From: Octopus sinensis
Lineage: Eukaryota
Assembly (NCBI RefSeq): GCF_006345805.1
Contig: NC_043005.1
Span: 38,688,001 to 38,752,000 of the forward strand
DNA: 64,000 nucleotides
Direction: 5' to 3'
Made by a program: the position numbers and the translations under genes. Positions 25,009 through 39,275 of the stretch are shown here, piece after piece (the first letter of the stretch is position 1; each line of letters starts with the position of its first letter). The notes under the pieces were generated by a model that saw only the letters and a program-made list of their open reading frames with translations, had not been told where the DNA came from and searched no databases.

Positions 25009-25470
25009 TTACTGATATATATGTGTTCATGATATATATGTGCTTACTTATGTATATATGTGTGCATGTATGCATGTACGTATGCAGATGTGTACATGCG
25101 TATGCATGTATATACGCAAGTATGAAAAAGAAAAGCCGTTAGAAAACCGATTATAGCAGCGATTCCATCTAAGAATATTTGAAGAAGGAATATTATTCCG
25201 AAACATCATATCAGACTATGGATGACTAAATTACAGCAGGTATATAGCCCATTTTCTGTATTATAGTGCATTGTTGTACCATTCAAAACTTTTATTCTTC
25301 ACAAACAATACACAATGCTTCAAGCGAACTACAATACTCTCGTATGTATGTAGGTATGTGAGCATTTACATATGTAAGTGTGTAGGCGTGTCTGCATGTG
25401 TGTATATGTGTATGTATATGTAAACGTATGTTTATGTACTAATAAGTGTGTCTGCTCAAGTTGTACATAT

Positions 25471-25754
25471 CAGTGCTTTTCAAACTATCTGATATGGCGT
25501 ACTGGCAGCTTATTTTTTCCAATGTGCCAGGGACCGGTGATATTTCTTAGTAATATTAATTTATACCGGAAACAGTATATATAATGAATATAATAAAAGA
25601 TGACAATTTTTTTAACCGTATATTTATTATGTAAACAAATAATATATTACATAAACATTTTGTAAGCATTTTATGTTATTTCCTTTTCTGGAAACTCGCC
25701 GCGTACCAGCAGCTGCTGTTCCCGGAGCGCTACCCACCACTTTGAGTAGCACTG
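25471..25754. mobile_element. hAT (Charlie-like) MITE
   Basis: TIRs CAGTGCTTTTCAAA ... TTTGAGTAGCACTG; imperfect 8-bp flanks GTACATAT/GCATATAT. Confidence 0.65.
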
Positions 25755-26112
25755 GCATATATGACTGTTACTCTGTCGAAGGTTGTATGTATATCTACTT
25801 ACTGTAAAAAACAAATCGTAATTTTTCGTTGCCAAATCAGTCTAATCGAAAGGTTAGAGTTTCTTCCCTTTCAGGCTAAAGTTAAATTCGGAACATTTTC
25901 ACATCATGCACCATTTTGGATATTTATACCCCCAAAAACCGAATATCTTAATAACTACCGCTCCAATTTACTCGAAACTTATTTCATTCCGTTCCTATTA
26001 TCATTTCAGGGTAAACTTAATTCATAGTATTTTCCCATTATGCTCCAGTTTGCCTGGATAACATTGCAAGCAAGCAAGAATGATATTGACTTTTAATGTA
26101 TTATAGATATAC

Positions 26113-26265
26113 AGGCTGCGTGGTAAGAAGCTTACTACCCAAACACATGGTTCATGGCTCAGTCCCACTTTGTCACATCTTGGGCAAGTGTCTTTTACTA
26201 TAACTTCGTGCAGACCGAAGCCTCGTGAATGGATTTGATAGACGGAAACTGAAAGGCCGTCTTAT
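26113..26265 (+). mobile_element. SINE family A head
   Basis: GGCTGCGTGGTAAGAAGCTT...CATGGTTC..GCTCAGTCCCACT...TTGGGCAAGTGTCTT...GGATTTGATAGACGGAAACTGAAAG. Confidence 0.85.
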
Positions 26266-27526
26266 ATATATATATATACATGCACATGTGCACAAGTATG
26301 TTTATTTTACCCTACTGCTTCTATACCCATCCCAAACCAACGCTTGTAAATTTCAGCGTTCCTCTATTTACTTTATTTTACGTTCACTCTGTATTTTCTC
26401 ATTTTCTCTCTTTCTCTGTCTCTCTCTCACTCTCTTTCTCACTCTCTCTCTCACTCTTTATATCTATATAAAGAGAGAGAGAGAACGAAATATACATATA
26501 TATGCATGTGTATGTGTGCGTGTGTGTATGTGTATGTGTGTGTATGCGTGTGTGTATGTGTGTGTGTGTGTGATATTAAACGTAACTAGAGAATCCAACC
26601 AACAGCGAACCAACATCTATATTTGCTTTTATTATGCAGAGATTGTTAAACACTTTATCCAATCTTTCCAAGTTATTTGAGCGTACTTTTATGGATTATT
26701 GAGAAGAAGAATGTCAATGCCCATCGCATTTTCATGGCCTCTTACACAGTTGGTGAGGAAAAGAAACTTGTCGATTGCTTTAATAAGAGTTCATTCATGC
26801 AGGTACTGAAATATCCTAAAATCGGATACAATGTCTAAAAGCTAACATGAAAAAGAATTCCATTAACGATACCTTAAGCCAGCAGATGACGTTTACCTTT
26901 CCAACGGTAATCATAGAGGTTCATATTCCGTTTGCATTCGTTTTCGTCTTTTGACGATGCATTTTCAATATACTATGACATCAACTTCTCCTAGGATATC
27001 ACACGTTAAAAGTCATTCTCTAGACTATTACAGTTTTAAGAACTCGAATATAGCGTCCATCACGATGTTTGTCTATTGGTGACAAAAATGGCTGCTGCGA
27101 ATCGAAATATTTTGGAAATAAATTCTGAAGTACTACATTAAATTTCAAGATATTCTCTAAAAGAAGTTTCTGGAAGCTATATCCATTCAAAAGACAAATT
27201 GTTTCCTCAACAAGTAAAAATTACCGGGCAGAACACGAACAGGTATGTGTTCGTAATAGCTATAGCCGTTAACTTGGAAAGGTTAACGGAAAACTTTTAA
27301 CAAATATAGTTGTATTTTCAACACGATATGCTTCAAGGAGAAGTTACTTTGCATTTATGTGCAGACACATTCGCATACATAAACATGTATACCTAAACAC
27401 ACACACACATTCACTCATACGCACGCGCACAGACACATATATTTATATTTAAATTTATAGGTGTATATATATATGTATATGTATTTATATATGCACATAT
27501 ATAAGTGCATACACACACACACACAC

Positions 27527-27598
<72 letters not shown>

Positions 27599-27789
27599 TA
27601 TAAAATATATATATATATATATGTACATACATACACATATGTATATTTATATATATATGTGTGTACGTATAAATGTATGTATGTATATATGCATTTATAT
27701 GTACATAATATAAATCATTTAACATGGCTGAAAAATGTGTACTCGATACAGACTTAGCATGCATTGCGTGTATCTTCTAGTCCAGATTA

Positions 27790-28010
27790 ACGGAGAAAAT
27801 TGTAATACAGAATTCAGCAAGCAAAGCAATAACGTTGGTTTATATGTAGTTTCTCAGCTTCATTCCATATTGAAAGAATCGTCTTCTTGCTCCTTGAAAC
27901 TCCACATGTAGCGGGAAATGGGGATGGAGTTTTCCTAGTCTCTGAACTTGAAGGTGTGCATGTATTGCATTCTAAATCTAACGCCATGTATGAAAGGATC
28001 CAGTCTTAAG
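27790..28010 (-). pseudogene. Highly decayed Naiad-type PLE GIY-YIG fragment
   Basis: Minus frame FRMQYMHTFKFRD*ENSIPISRYMWSFKEQEDDSFNME* followed by CFAC, resembling R...H...F....NST.LS.YIW.LK....I.W...CxxC. Confidence 0.4.
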
Positions 28011-28932
28011 AGAGTTAATATTAGGTACAATATTTCCTTTTTCTGAAGATGCATTTATATGAAGCTTGTTTCCACTTTTGTTAATATCATTGTGTTTTTA
28101 AATGGCAAACTCTTGCTAAACTAAAATTAGTGCGGAGCTAAAGTAGTGAAAGTAAAGTGAGAAAGTAGTTGCAGAGACGATGTAATGTAAAAAGCGTCTT
28201 CAGAAAAAATAAGCTACAGCTATATAATATAATTAGTAAATATATGGAATGGCGTAATAACAGACACGTTAGTATACTCGTGCCTGTAGTTAGCTGATTA
28301 GCATGGCAGAGAGGAACTGACTTAAGATTATGTCTCGAAGTATGTGAAAATGGAGTTTAAAAAGGTGGGTACACTATGTAAATGCTTATATGGATGCAAA
28401 GAAAAATTGTAAATGAGGGAAGCAAGAAACAGATATTAATATTGTCAAATGATGATATGCATCATAGCTAAATTTAAATAGATTCGGTAACTAAAGTGGT
28501 GATGCAAACTTCCAGAATTTTAGTGTGTAGTTGTCGAAGTAGTATCATTTTGTGTAGGGTTGAGATCGAAAGTTTAGACACGTAATTGACTAAATGTTTA
28601 TCAAATGACTTTTTCGTCGGTGCAAAGGTTAAATCTCTTGTTTACTTAGTTCCAGTGATGTGTTGTTTTAAAGAACTTAAAGTCTCCAATGACTGTAAAT
28701 TCCAGGAACGATAAACCACTGGACACATCTTAAACCAGCCATTTCCATCTGGTTTACATAGTTTGGTATACGTACTAGCTGTTGTAACGTTCATTATCTC
28801 CCCTCTGATTATATATATATATGCATATATATATATATACATCAGATATACATGTGTGTATATATATATATATATGTGTGTGCGTGTACCTGTGTATGCA
28901 CATATACATATATGAGTGCGCATCTGTGTATA

Positions 28933-29720
28933 GACAACTTCCTAGATATTAGCATGAACTTTAGCTCTGGCAAATTTAAACCCTACCTTAAACCAAATAT
29001 TGAAGCCTCGTATAAAAGCATAGGATCCAGTCACCTACCAGCAGTCATTAAGAACATTATCAAGCGCATCTCCAATCTATCCGCCGATAAAGACACTTTT
29101 GAAAAGGCCACCCCTTACGATAATACTTCATTAGAAAGGTCCAACTTCAAGAATAGTATAAATTACATTGAACCACACACAGATGGACCAAAAAGACGCA
29201 GACAGAGGAAAATTTTGTAGCATGAATGTAACCAATGACAAAGCTAGGAAATTCTTAAAGTAAATAGACAATCACTTCTCACATTCACACAAATACCACA
29301 AGATCTTCAGCAAAAACACTGTTAAAGATAGCTATAGTGGCCTCCCCAATATAGGATCAATAATAGTCAACAACAATAAAAACTGAACACACCAGAAACA
29401 CCCGCAAAAGACAATGCATCATTAGATCTATAAACCACTGCCCTCTAAAAAACAACTGTCTCGAAAAAGAACTTGTATACAAAGCTAAAAAAAACGTAAC
29501 ATCTCTATCTAATATGATATGGACATTGTAATAAGGTAGAATAAGTAACCCCCAGGAAATACAAAAAACGAGGTACCAAATGTAAACTCTGTATCACTGA
29601 AAAACTAAATATCATGCAACGGATTACATTCTAAATATTAGGGATGAAATCTTCTCTCCCTATATACACAAGCAATATTTCACACTAAGACACTTCAAGG
29701 AGGAACCACCATCTGCGCCT
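28933..29720 (+). pseudogene. Naiad-type Penelope-like element: RT thumb, linker and partial GIY-YIG (frameshifted and deleted)
   Basis: NFLDI.MN....FKPYLKPN....SSH.PAVIKNI..RIS.LS...F....Y...L..S.F; KRRRQRKI; FL...DNHF...HKYHKIFSKNTVKDSYS.LPN; CPLKNNCLEKELVYKA; KCKLCITEKL.I; LNIRDEIFS...HK. Confidence 0.8.
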
Positions 29721-29850
29721 AAACATGAAATTTGAATATACGTAGCACACAAACTCCACACACGGAAGAAATATTCTCCCATGACGAACTACCTCAGCAC
29801 ACAAGTATGCGAACATCACATATACCCAGAATATAATATAATGCAAACAA

Positions 29851-29921
29851 ATGTACCATCTAACATGACTGTCTGCCCAAAGGTCAAATCAAAGGGAGAT
29901 AACGACGCAAAAGGATGTCAT
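29851..29921 (+). promoter_or_regulatory. SECIS-like stem-loop downstream of Naiad ORF (tentative)
   Basis: CATCT..aac-ATGAc-TGTCTgCCC-AAA-loop-GGG AGATA a-cGAc...GGATG. An AUGA/AA/GA arrangement with both helices is present, although helix II is short. Confidence 0.3.
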
Positions 29922-30164
29922 TCAAGAGTTTCTTTAGAAGAATCGCAGCGAATTCAATGAGCCTGCGTTTTTTTTTTCCCAAATAGAGACGAACACCATT
30001 CTTCCATGTGATTGGCATGAAAAATTCAGATATTAAGATATTTTTCTTGACAGGAAATCAATAGCAGCCTTAATACACAAATAAAAAATTTCGATTCTCC
30101 AACGTAGTGTTCAGCACTCATTTTCATCGTTCGACATTTACGTATAGGTATATATACATACATA

Positions 30165-30455
30165 AAAACATATTTTGTATATAAAAAATTCAAAATGGGT
30201 CAAGAACGCAAAATATCCAGACAGTTAGGTGATACAAAAAAGGACAACAAAACAAGGAGGGGTCATGTGGAGTTTTATCTTTCCTCAGTCGAGTTCCAGA
30301 TTATCTTTGCAATTTCGGCTGGTTATACTCGAGACTGCTCCAATCTGGCCAACCCCAAGGAAAAACTAAGGTAAGAGCGTTAGATTCTTTGGAAGAAAGC
30401 AGCGAATGTATACGAAAACAAGGACGGTAAAAACGGAGTATGTTACACAAATACA
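30165..30455 (-). repeat. Inverted copy of the 20685-21000 repeat
   Basis: CTTTCCTCAGTCGAGTTCCAGATTATCTTTGCAATTTCGGCTGGTTATACTCGAG. Confidence 0.8.
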
Positions 30456-30516
30456 AATAATATACACACACACACACACATACATACACACACACACATA
30501 TATATATACATATATA

Positions 30517-31789
30517 TCATGTCATCCCATAATTTCTGTCAGATTTTACATTTTTTTAAAGTGAATGAAATTTAATAGTATTTTAGAATGTCTAATGGAA
30601 TTAAAAAATATTTTTATGCATTTGTGTACATTTAAATTAATTAAATATTATTGTATAGATTAATAGAATTAAAATTTCTTTGATTAAAACCCTTTCTAAC
30701 ATGGAAGTATCCAAAGAGCATTTGAGGCACATTATGCTTTATAAGTACAAAAAAGGAAATTCTGCAGCCGAAGTGACTCGAAAGATACACTCATGTTAAT
30801 GGGAAAGAATGCTTGAATGAAAGAACTTGCAGAAGATGGTTTGCAAAATTCAGAACTTGAGATTTCAGCCTTGAAGATGAAGATCGAACAGGATGTCCAG
30901 TTGAGTTTGATGATAAGCTCGTTGAGACATTACTTGAAGAAAATCCTGTATTATCAGTTGAAGAATTGGCAATAAAGCTTAGTTCAAACCATATAACTGT
31001 TCATCGCCATTTTCAACAACTTGAAAAGATTCCTAAACTTGGAATATGGGTGTTCATAAATTGTCCGAAAGCAACCGCAGATCCCGTGTTGACGTATGCT
31101 CTTCTCTCCCTTCTGGCGAATACATTTCACCCTTTTTGGATAGACTTGTGACCGGTGACGAAAAATTGATCTTCTATCGAAATGTTAAACGTCGTAAACA
31201 GTGGCTTGGTAAAAGGGTAAAAAGCTCAACCACAACGAAGAAGGAAACCTCATGGAAAAAAGGTTCTCTTTATCTGGTGGGATTGCAAAGGAGTAATTCA
31301 CTTACTACCTATTGCAACAATCAATGCTCAAATCTACTGTCAGCAATAAGAGCGTTTGAACCAAGCTTTGAAGAAAAGAGACCTGTTTTAGTGAATCGAA
31401 ATGGAGTGATGTTTCATTAGTACAATGCGCTACCCCACATTGCAAAGATCACATCACAGAAGATCGAAGAGCTTGGTTGGCAAAAAAATCCTCATCCACC
31501 TTATTCTCCCGACCTTACTCCTTCAGTCCATTTGTTTCGTACTTTACAGAATTATTTGGGGGACATAACTTTCGCAAGCCAGGAGGAGGTCGAAACTGAC
31601 ATTTCAGAGTTCTTCGCTGTGAAACCAAAAGAGTTTTACATTGATGGGATTCAAAAGCTTGTAAATAGATGGAAGGAAGTCAGAGATAAGCAGAGAAAGT
31701 GCATTGATAATTAAATTTCAATTAAATATCACATTTGATCACTTGTTTTCTTTATTCAAAATTCAGACGGAATTTATGAGACGACCTGA
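30517..31789 (+). mobile_element. Full-length mariner DNA transposon (about 1.27 kb), inactive
   Basis: TIRs TA|TCATGTCATCCCATAATTTCTGTCAGATTT and AAATTCAGACGGAATTTATGAGACGACCTGA|TA flank a transposase pseudogene. Confidence 0.92.
30701..31714 (+). pseudogene. Mariner transposase pseudogene
   Basis: MEVSKEHLRHIMLY.YKKGNSAAE..., RRWFAKFR, LVTGDEK, FH*YNA.PH, PHPPYSPDLTPS, FY.DGIQKLVNRW; several frameshifts and stops. Confidence 0.92.
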
Positions 31790-31974
31790 TATATATAGTG
31801 ACTATATGTGTGTATATATGAATATGTATATGAATATGTACGTATGTATGCATATGTATGATATAGGTTGGTTATATGCTTATGGATATATGTGTGTGTG
31901 TGCGTGCGTGCGTGCGTGCACGCGTGTGTACATGTATGTATCTGTATCTGTCTTTGTTTTTGTGTTTGACCTCT

Positions 31975-32160
31975 ACCACCACTTGACAAATTCTATCAGT
32001 TTGTTTACATCCACGTAAATTAGTGGTTCGGCACTGGAGTCGATAGAATAGTCATCGGACTTGAAATTAGATACTAGTTTCAAACTGTCTGACTAAACAT
32101 CTGAAGACATGGCTCAGTGTGGTTGCAGTTCAAAGACTGAAATAAGTACAATATAAAAGA
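31975..32160 (+). mobile_element. SINE family A tail
   Basis: CCACTTGACAA...GTTTGTTTACATCCACGTAAATTAGTGGTTCGGCA...GACTGAAATAAGTA. Confidence 0.65.
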
Positions 32161-32334
32161 GATGTGTTTCAGCTATAAATAAAATGTAGACAAAATTTAT
32201 AAAGTAAAATAACTATATAAAGAGTAACGATGTATTATATAATTATGCAAATATAATATAAATATGACGGATTTTTGATATTGAAGAATTACGTGAGAAA
32301 GTTGTTCAGTTACGATCTTTTGTCTTTTAAGTTT

Positions 32335-32502
32335 TGCCTTTTCTTTGTCTGAGTCACTGGAACCCAGCTATGCCAAGGCACCGCCTTGAAATGCTTAGTC
32401 GAACTGCTAAATTACACGGACGTAAACACACTTGCATTGGTTCTCAAGCGGTAGTGGTTACAGACAGGGCAAGCACAGACATGAAGACACACACACACAC
32501 GT

Positions 32503-32559
<57 letters not shown>

Positions 32560-32690
32560 CTACTAGCTTCCACACATTTTCCGTTTATCAGCTTCACTTG
32601 AAGGCCATTGGTCGGCCTAATGAATACAACATTTGACCAAGGTGCAGAAGTCATTGCCATGCAAGAAGACGGAACTTGAAACTACCTGTT
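32335..32690 (-). mobile_element. SINE family A, degenerate, with internal (CA)n
   Basis: Reversed tail (GCACCGCCTTGAA...GGACGTAAACAC), (CA)n, then reversed head (GCTTCCACAC...TTGGTCGGCC...AAGGTGC). Confidence 0.65.
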
Positions 32691-33599
32691 TTCACAGTGA
32701 ACTTCTTAATGCTTCATTTGCTATACATTTAAGTATAAATGCGAGATATTTCAACGAGAAGTGGTAATACCTAAGTATTAACCACCGCACAATACAAGAC
32801 CGTGTGTAACTGTAATTACCTTTTCTCACGGTAGATTTATATTTTATTAGAATCTTTCCTGGCGAAGGAAATATTTGAAATATTATGAAATTCTCCATGT
32901 CCTTCCACTAGAAATGGATTTCAAAGAATGTGAAACAGAATCCTTCCGGGTATCTTATTTTGAAATGCATTACGTAGAGAATTGATAATCTGAATATGAA
33001 ATTTCTTCAGAGTTTCCGGTTATCGAATCCTCGAGAAATTCTTCATATTCTCAATTCTTCTTCTTCCTCTTAGTCAGTGAACTGCTATTAACCCTTGCAA
33101 TCATATCCAGTTGACACTTTCGGCTTATTCTGTTCATGATATAACTCCAAGGATCTCGCTCGCCAAAACATTATGAAACCAGTAAGTTTAATAGAATTCT
33201 CAAATTTAATACGTTGTATTCTGCCGTATCAAACAGCCTGGAATTCTATAAATCAACAATAAGTATTTCAAGTTTAAAGTTGATTATGAATTTCATTATA
33301 TATGAAGAAAATTATTATCTTTTACAATGCAACCCGAGGTAAATAAAGCTGTAAATGATAGCATTTAGAATGTAGATTTTATCTAAAATAAAATTTTAAA
33401 AACCTTGAATGGTAAAAATGTTGGAGGCTGTTCTATCGTGTTCACAGAAGATGTGGTTTTACATCCCAAGGTCAAATTTGATTTTTTTTCCATCCAAAAA
33501 GGATTTAACCCAATATTCTGTCTAATTTGAATTACACCATAAAATTAAAAGTATTTTACTTCAGACCTCTCGAGGTTTTTATATCCTTTAATGTAAATT

Positions 33600-34270
33600 T
33601 CAATACAAAGTCGCAGCCATGTGTAGCTACGAAACACGGTTTACAAGTACAAGGTTTCTTTGTGTTCGCTCTCATTACACGGCACTTTGGGCAAGTGTCT
33701 TTTACTATAGACACGAACTGACCAACTTCTTGGGAGAGACTGGTAGAGGACAATTGTGTGAAAACTCGTCGCATTTCTATGTATTTATATATGTATGTAT
33801 GTCTGCATGTATGTATGTATGTATGTATGTATGCATGCATGCATGTATATGTGTATGCATGTATTTATGTATGTGTATGTATGTATGTGTGTATGTATGT
33901 ATGTATGTATATATGTATGTATGTATATATGTATGTATGTATGTATGTACGTATGTATGTATTACGTATGTGTGTATGTACGTATGTATGTATGTATGTA
34001 TGCATGTACATATGTATGTTTATATGTACGTATGTATTGATGTATGTATGCATGTATGTATGTGTGCGTGTCTTTATGATTGTATTTGCTTCGCTCATTT
34101 GACAACCAGTAATGATTTGTTTACGTCCGAGTAACTAAACGGTTCCTCAAAAGAAACAGATAGAGTACCAGATTTAAAACGAAAGTACTGGAATCGATAT
34201 GTTACACCAAAGCTTTGAAGGCTGTGATCCAGTATGTTGGCATTCCATTGATTAAAACAAATAAAAGTTG
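33600..34270 (+). mobile_element. SINE family A with expanded internal (TATG)n
   Basis: Head (CGGCACTTTGGGCAAGTGTCTTTTACTATAG), about 300 bp of TATG repeat, then tail (TTGACAACC...TTTGTTTACGTCC..GTAACT..CGGTTC). Confidence 0.7.
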
Positions 34271-35005
34271 ACAGAAACTATATGTGCGTGTATATATGTG
34301 TATATGTATGTAATCATGTATATATACATATATATACATATATACTACAGAATATTTCTAAGATTTTAGTCATCACTACATATGACAGCTGTCTCCGTTG
34401 ACACAAAAATAGGGATCAGCCGGGCAAGTTTCATTAATGTGTTGGGCTTTTATCTGCGACTGAACGCCTTCCTTAACTTCCCTATGAGACAATGCTTTGA
34501 ACAATGGCTTAAGCAAACCCGATTCACTGATATTATATTGCAACCTCGTTTATCACTGTTTTACTCACCTGGGATAACACAGTGTACTCAGTTTTGAAAT
34601 ATGTTACGTTTATCACGGATTGATATGAGAAAACACGGTGTAGCGATCAGTTAAAAAGTTTACATGACTACGAAAACGTATCCCAGCGACTATTCACAAT
34701 GTTCAACTACACAAAACACACTGACCACCACTTATGCTTACATGTCCGCGCTGCGAGCTTACATATAAACATGGGACCAGTTAACTAAAAAAAAAAAAAA
34801 TACAAATGACGTGTAGAATGTTGAGTTGATCAAGAAATTATGTGACGGTAAAATCTTCGCTTCTGTGAACCGTGAATTTGTGTGTCAATGGAATATACCA
34901 TTCGTTTGATTTACAAAGTGCATGGAGATGATTCATTTATCACTGGTTTATTTATCATGATTTTTAACACCCATCCGTGATAAACGACGATAGAAATATA
35001 GTTAT

Positions 35006-35237
35006 AGGCGGCGAGCTGGCAGAAACGTTAGCACGCCGGGTGAAATGCTTAGCGGTATTTCGTCTGCTGCTACGTTCTGAGTTCAAATTCCGCCGAGGTC
35101 AACTTTGCCTTTCATCCTTTCGGGGTCGATAAATTAAGTACCAGTTACGCACTGGGGTAGATCTAATCGACTTAATCCCTTTCTCTGTCCTTGTTTGTCC
35201 CCTCTATGTTTAGCCCCTTGTGGGCAATAAAGAAATA
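35006..35237 (+). mobile_element. SINE family B (tRNA head + Nin/Deu domain), full-length, with 14-bp TSD
   Basis: GGCGGCGAGCTGGCAGAAACGTTAGC...GAGTTCAAATTCC (B box)...CTTTGCCTTTCATCCTTTCGGGGTCGATAAATTAAGTACCAG. TSD AGAAATATAGTTAT at 34992-35005 and 35238-35251. Confidence 0.92.
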
Positions 35238-35804
35238 AGAAATATAGTTATTTTGATTAATTAATTACTGCGTATTTTACACTATTGTACTGTATCTACC
35301 ACAACTGTACTGTACTTACAAAATATTTACCAACTTCAAACATTGCTCGATTTTAATTTTGGTTTTAATACTGTCGTTCATTTTGCCTTTGTTATTCTTT
35401 GTTGCTTCACCCATTCTCTTATTGTCACTGAATCAATCAAATCATTTTGCTTTACCCTGCTGTCTCTCACTCTCCCTATTTTTCTCTCTCGCTTTCTCAC
35501 TCCACTCTACTCAGTTAATCTCTTACATATATCATTTTATCTATTTACTTTATCTCTTCCTCCAATATAATCTTTCTCTTCTGTCTTCCATGTCTCTCTC
35601 CATAAACCTTGCCTTTTCCTTGCAAATGTTACAGTGATAGGAGCCAACAAAAATGAGTTTTCACATTTGGTGTATATAAATGTGTGTGTTTATGTGTCTA
35701 TATACAATACACAAATATGTACACGTACGCAAGCATATATGTCTATTTATATGACTATATACATAAATACATACATGCATACATATATTTATCATATATA
35801 TATC

Positions 35805-35925
35805 GAGACCGATAGAATAAGTACCAGGTTTACAAAGAATAAGTCCAAGGATCGATTTGTTCGACTAAAATATGGTGCTCCAGAATGGCCACAGTCAAAA
35901 TGACTGAAACAAATAAAATAAAAGT
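35805..35925 (+). mobile_element. SINE family A tail
   Basis: GAGACCGATAGAATAAGTACCAGG...GATTTGTTCGACTAAA...GGTGCTCCAG..TGGCCACAGTCAAAATGACTGAAAC. Confidence 0.8.
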
Positions 35926-35949
35926 ATATATATATATAGTCTATTTATA

Positions 35950-36012
<63 letters not shown>

Positions 36013-36665
36013 TATGTATATGATTATATATATATATATATATGTTTATTATATATTATATATATATATACATACATATATATATCAAAATTTATTGTTC
36101 TTTCACTAGCATCACATCAGCTATCCATTGCCTATCTTTTCTATCTACGATTCATTTGATTACATAGATGTATTCGTATACGAAACGTTGTAAGTCACAG
36201 TGCTCGCTCTGAATTCTATAGAAAATCTATAACGATAATCATTAGAATGAGAACATCGTACAGCTGACACAAAATGTAAAGATACAATATTGACTTGGTT
36301 GTATATTATGATTGCAAAACGAAACACTGTATTCTTGCTAATAATTAATATTTACACCGCAGTTCCCAAGAATTTGTTTACTCTACAAATTGGTCCATCC
36401 AAGAGTGTTACATCGCGAAACTTAGTGGACATTTCAGCAATTCGTTCGTAGATAGTTGTTGGGTTTGATGGGGTACTGATGAAAGAGGGATAATTCTTGA
36501 AGTACGAATATACATCCATTACTTATATTTGTATATTTTCTATTTTCAATCGCATTGTTTGCACTAACACAAAATATAAGACACAATATCGACTTATAAA
36601 CCCTTAATATAGCTGGTAGTATATTATGGTTGCCAAACAAAATACAAAAACTGTGACTTTGCTAG

Positions 36666-36711
<46 letters not shown>

Positions 36712-38009
36712 GTGTGTGTATGTACGCACACACACACGCACATATATAACGCTCTAACAAAGTCACGAATCTTGGTAAATACAGCTACCCAACAGAACAA
36801 GACCGTTTGTCAGTTGTCTTTTGAGCGGACGACGTTTAAACAAGAAATGCTGGTATGAGAGACGACTAGGACACCAAGGAGATAATGCATTTACATATAT
36901 CTAGATATCTATTTAGCTATCTATCCATTCATTAAAGTATGTATATATGTATGTATATATTTATGTACATATCTATCTACCTACTTGTCTATGTACGTAG
37001 GTGGTATGTGTGTATGTATATAAATATATATCTATACACACATACATACAAACACATACATGGATATACACATACATACTTGATAGTTAGTATAGTATAG
37101 TATAGTTAACTATATATGTACGCTAATAGTGGTTTCACGTAGGCAGCAGGGTCTATATAGGGTGTGGGTGATTTACACGATATTCATTACAATCATCAAG
37201 GAGGTCTGATTGTTGTAATAAATACCATATTGTGAATTGGCCATGTCTTAGGTAGACATTACGTCGCACATGAAACTATTGGTCGCCTACATACCTCCAG
37301 TTGTGTTATGCTCGCTATAATGGATATATTTTACTATTCAGTTAAATTGAATTTTGCCATTGCTTCACATATTCAGCACCAACCATTTATATGTACACGT
37401 GAGTGAGTCCGCATGCGTGCGTATGTGTGTGTGAGTGTATATATATATATATATAATATATATATATATAGCGTACTATATATACTCAAACACACACATA
37501 CATATCCATATACTACCAAATACATATAAGCATATTTCTGTAAGGAGATGGTTGTATATGTATGCCGCATATATTCGTAATTTTATTCACATGGATATAT
37601 ATATGTATGCACGGCATATGAATGAGGGTGTTGAAATAGGAGTGCTACCATGTAAATGTGCATGTAAGTATGTATGAATTTCATGCAGCTATACCTATAT
37701 AAACACACATGTATACGCTTATATACATTACCACATTAATGTAATGTATGAAAGCAAATTCAAGCGATAATTAACTCGAAAAAGTTATAAAAAAAATATG
37801 TGGTGAAGATATGCAATTTAGAAAAAAAATAAATACTAAGAAAGAAAAAAACTTTTTTTTTCTGCAAGGTTTGTTGAAGTATAAGAAGGAATTAAGCGAA
37901 TATTAAAACTAATTATTAGAAGAGTGGAGACGGGAATATACAGATATAAGGTGGCGAAGGTGTGTTCCGCTGCTTTGGTGATGTACATACACTTGATACA
38001 CCTACACAT

Positions 38010-38430
<421 letters not shown>

Positions 38431-38664
38431 ATACAATCGTACACTTACACACGCACAAAAGAGAAAGAGACAGAGAAAGAGCGACATAGGGTTTGCATGT
38501 ATATAACTGTTTATGTGGCATGTGTGTGTGCGTTTGGGTGTGTGTGTGTGTGTGAGTGTGTGCGCGCGTGTGGGTTTTGTGCGTGCGCGCGTGCGTTTGC
38601 AGTTAATTCAGAGTATGTTTAGGTCTTTATCAAATACCTAATTGCTTGTGTTCCAACGGTATTA

Positions 38665-38665
38665 A

Positions 38666-38701
<36 letters not shown>

Positions 38702-39275
38702 CAGCAGCAGTAGTAGTAGTAGCAGCAGCAGCTGTAGCTGTGGTTTTAGTAGTTGTAGTGGTGACGGTGTTGGTGATTGTGGTGTAAGAGATGATGTCAC
38801 CGTCGTTGGTGGTTGCGATGGTAATGGTGATAGTTGTGATGGTTGCTGTTGTTGTTATTGTTGCTGGTGGTGGTGGTGATGGTGGTGGTGGTGGTGGTGG
38901 TGTGGTGGTGGTGGTAGTGCTGCTGCTGCTATTGGTAGTCGTGGTTGTAAATGATATAGTGATGATATGTTGTCGGTGGTGATGGTCGCACTGAAGGTGA
39001 TGGCAGCGGTCGTAATAATAGTGGCGGTGGTGGTAGTCGTGGTGGTGGAGCTGATGATGGTGGTGGTGGTGGTGATGGGGATTAATGGTGGTAGTGTTAC
39101 AGATGGTGGTGGTGGTGTTATGCTGTTGTGCTGTTCTTGGTGGCAGTGGTGCCGTCGTTGCCTCTGCTGCTGCTGCTGTTGTTGTTGTTGTTGCTGGTGG
39201 TGGTGGTGGTGGTGGTGGACGTCGTCGTCGTGATGGTAATGGTGGTAGTGATGGTAGTGGTGTTAGTCGTGATAG
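38665..39275. repeat. Degenerate trinucleotide low-complexity block (GTA/GCA/GGT/GTT)
   Basis: Read directly; this is the source of the poly-T/P/H/V pseudo-ORFs. Confidence 0.9.

Noticed and set aside
35006-35095. tRNA gene
   Set aside because: A/B-box-like motifs belong to a SINE head with a Nin domain and TSD; no cloverleaf.
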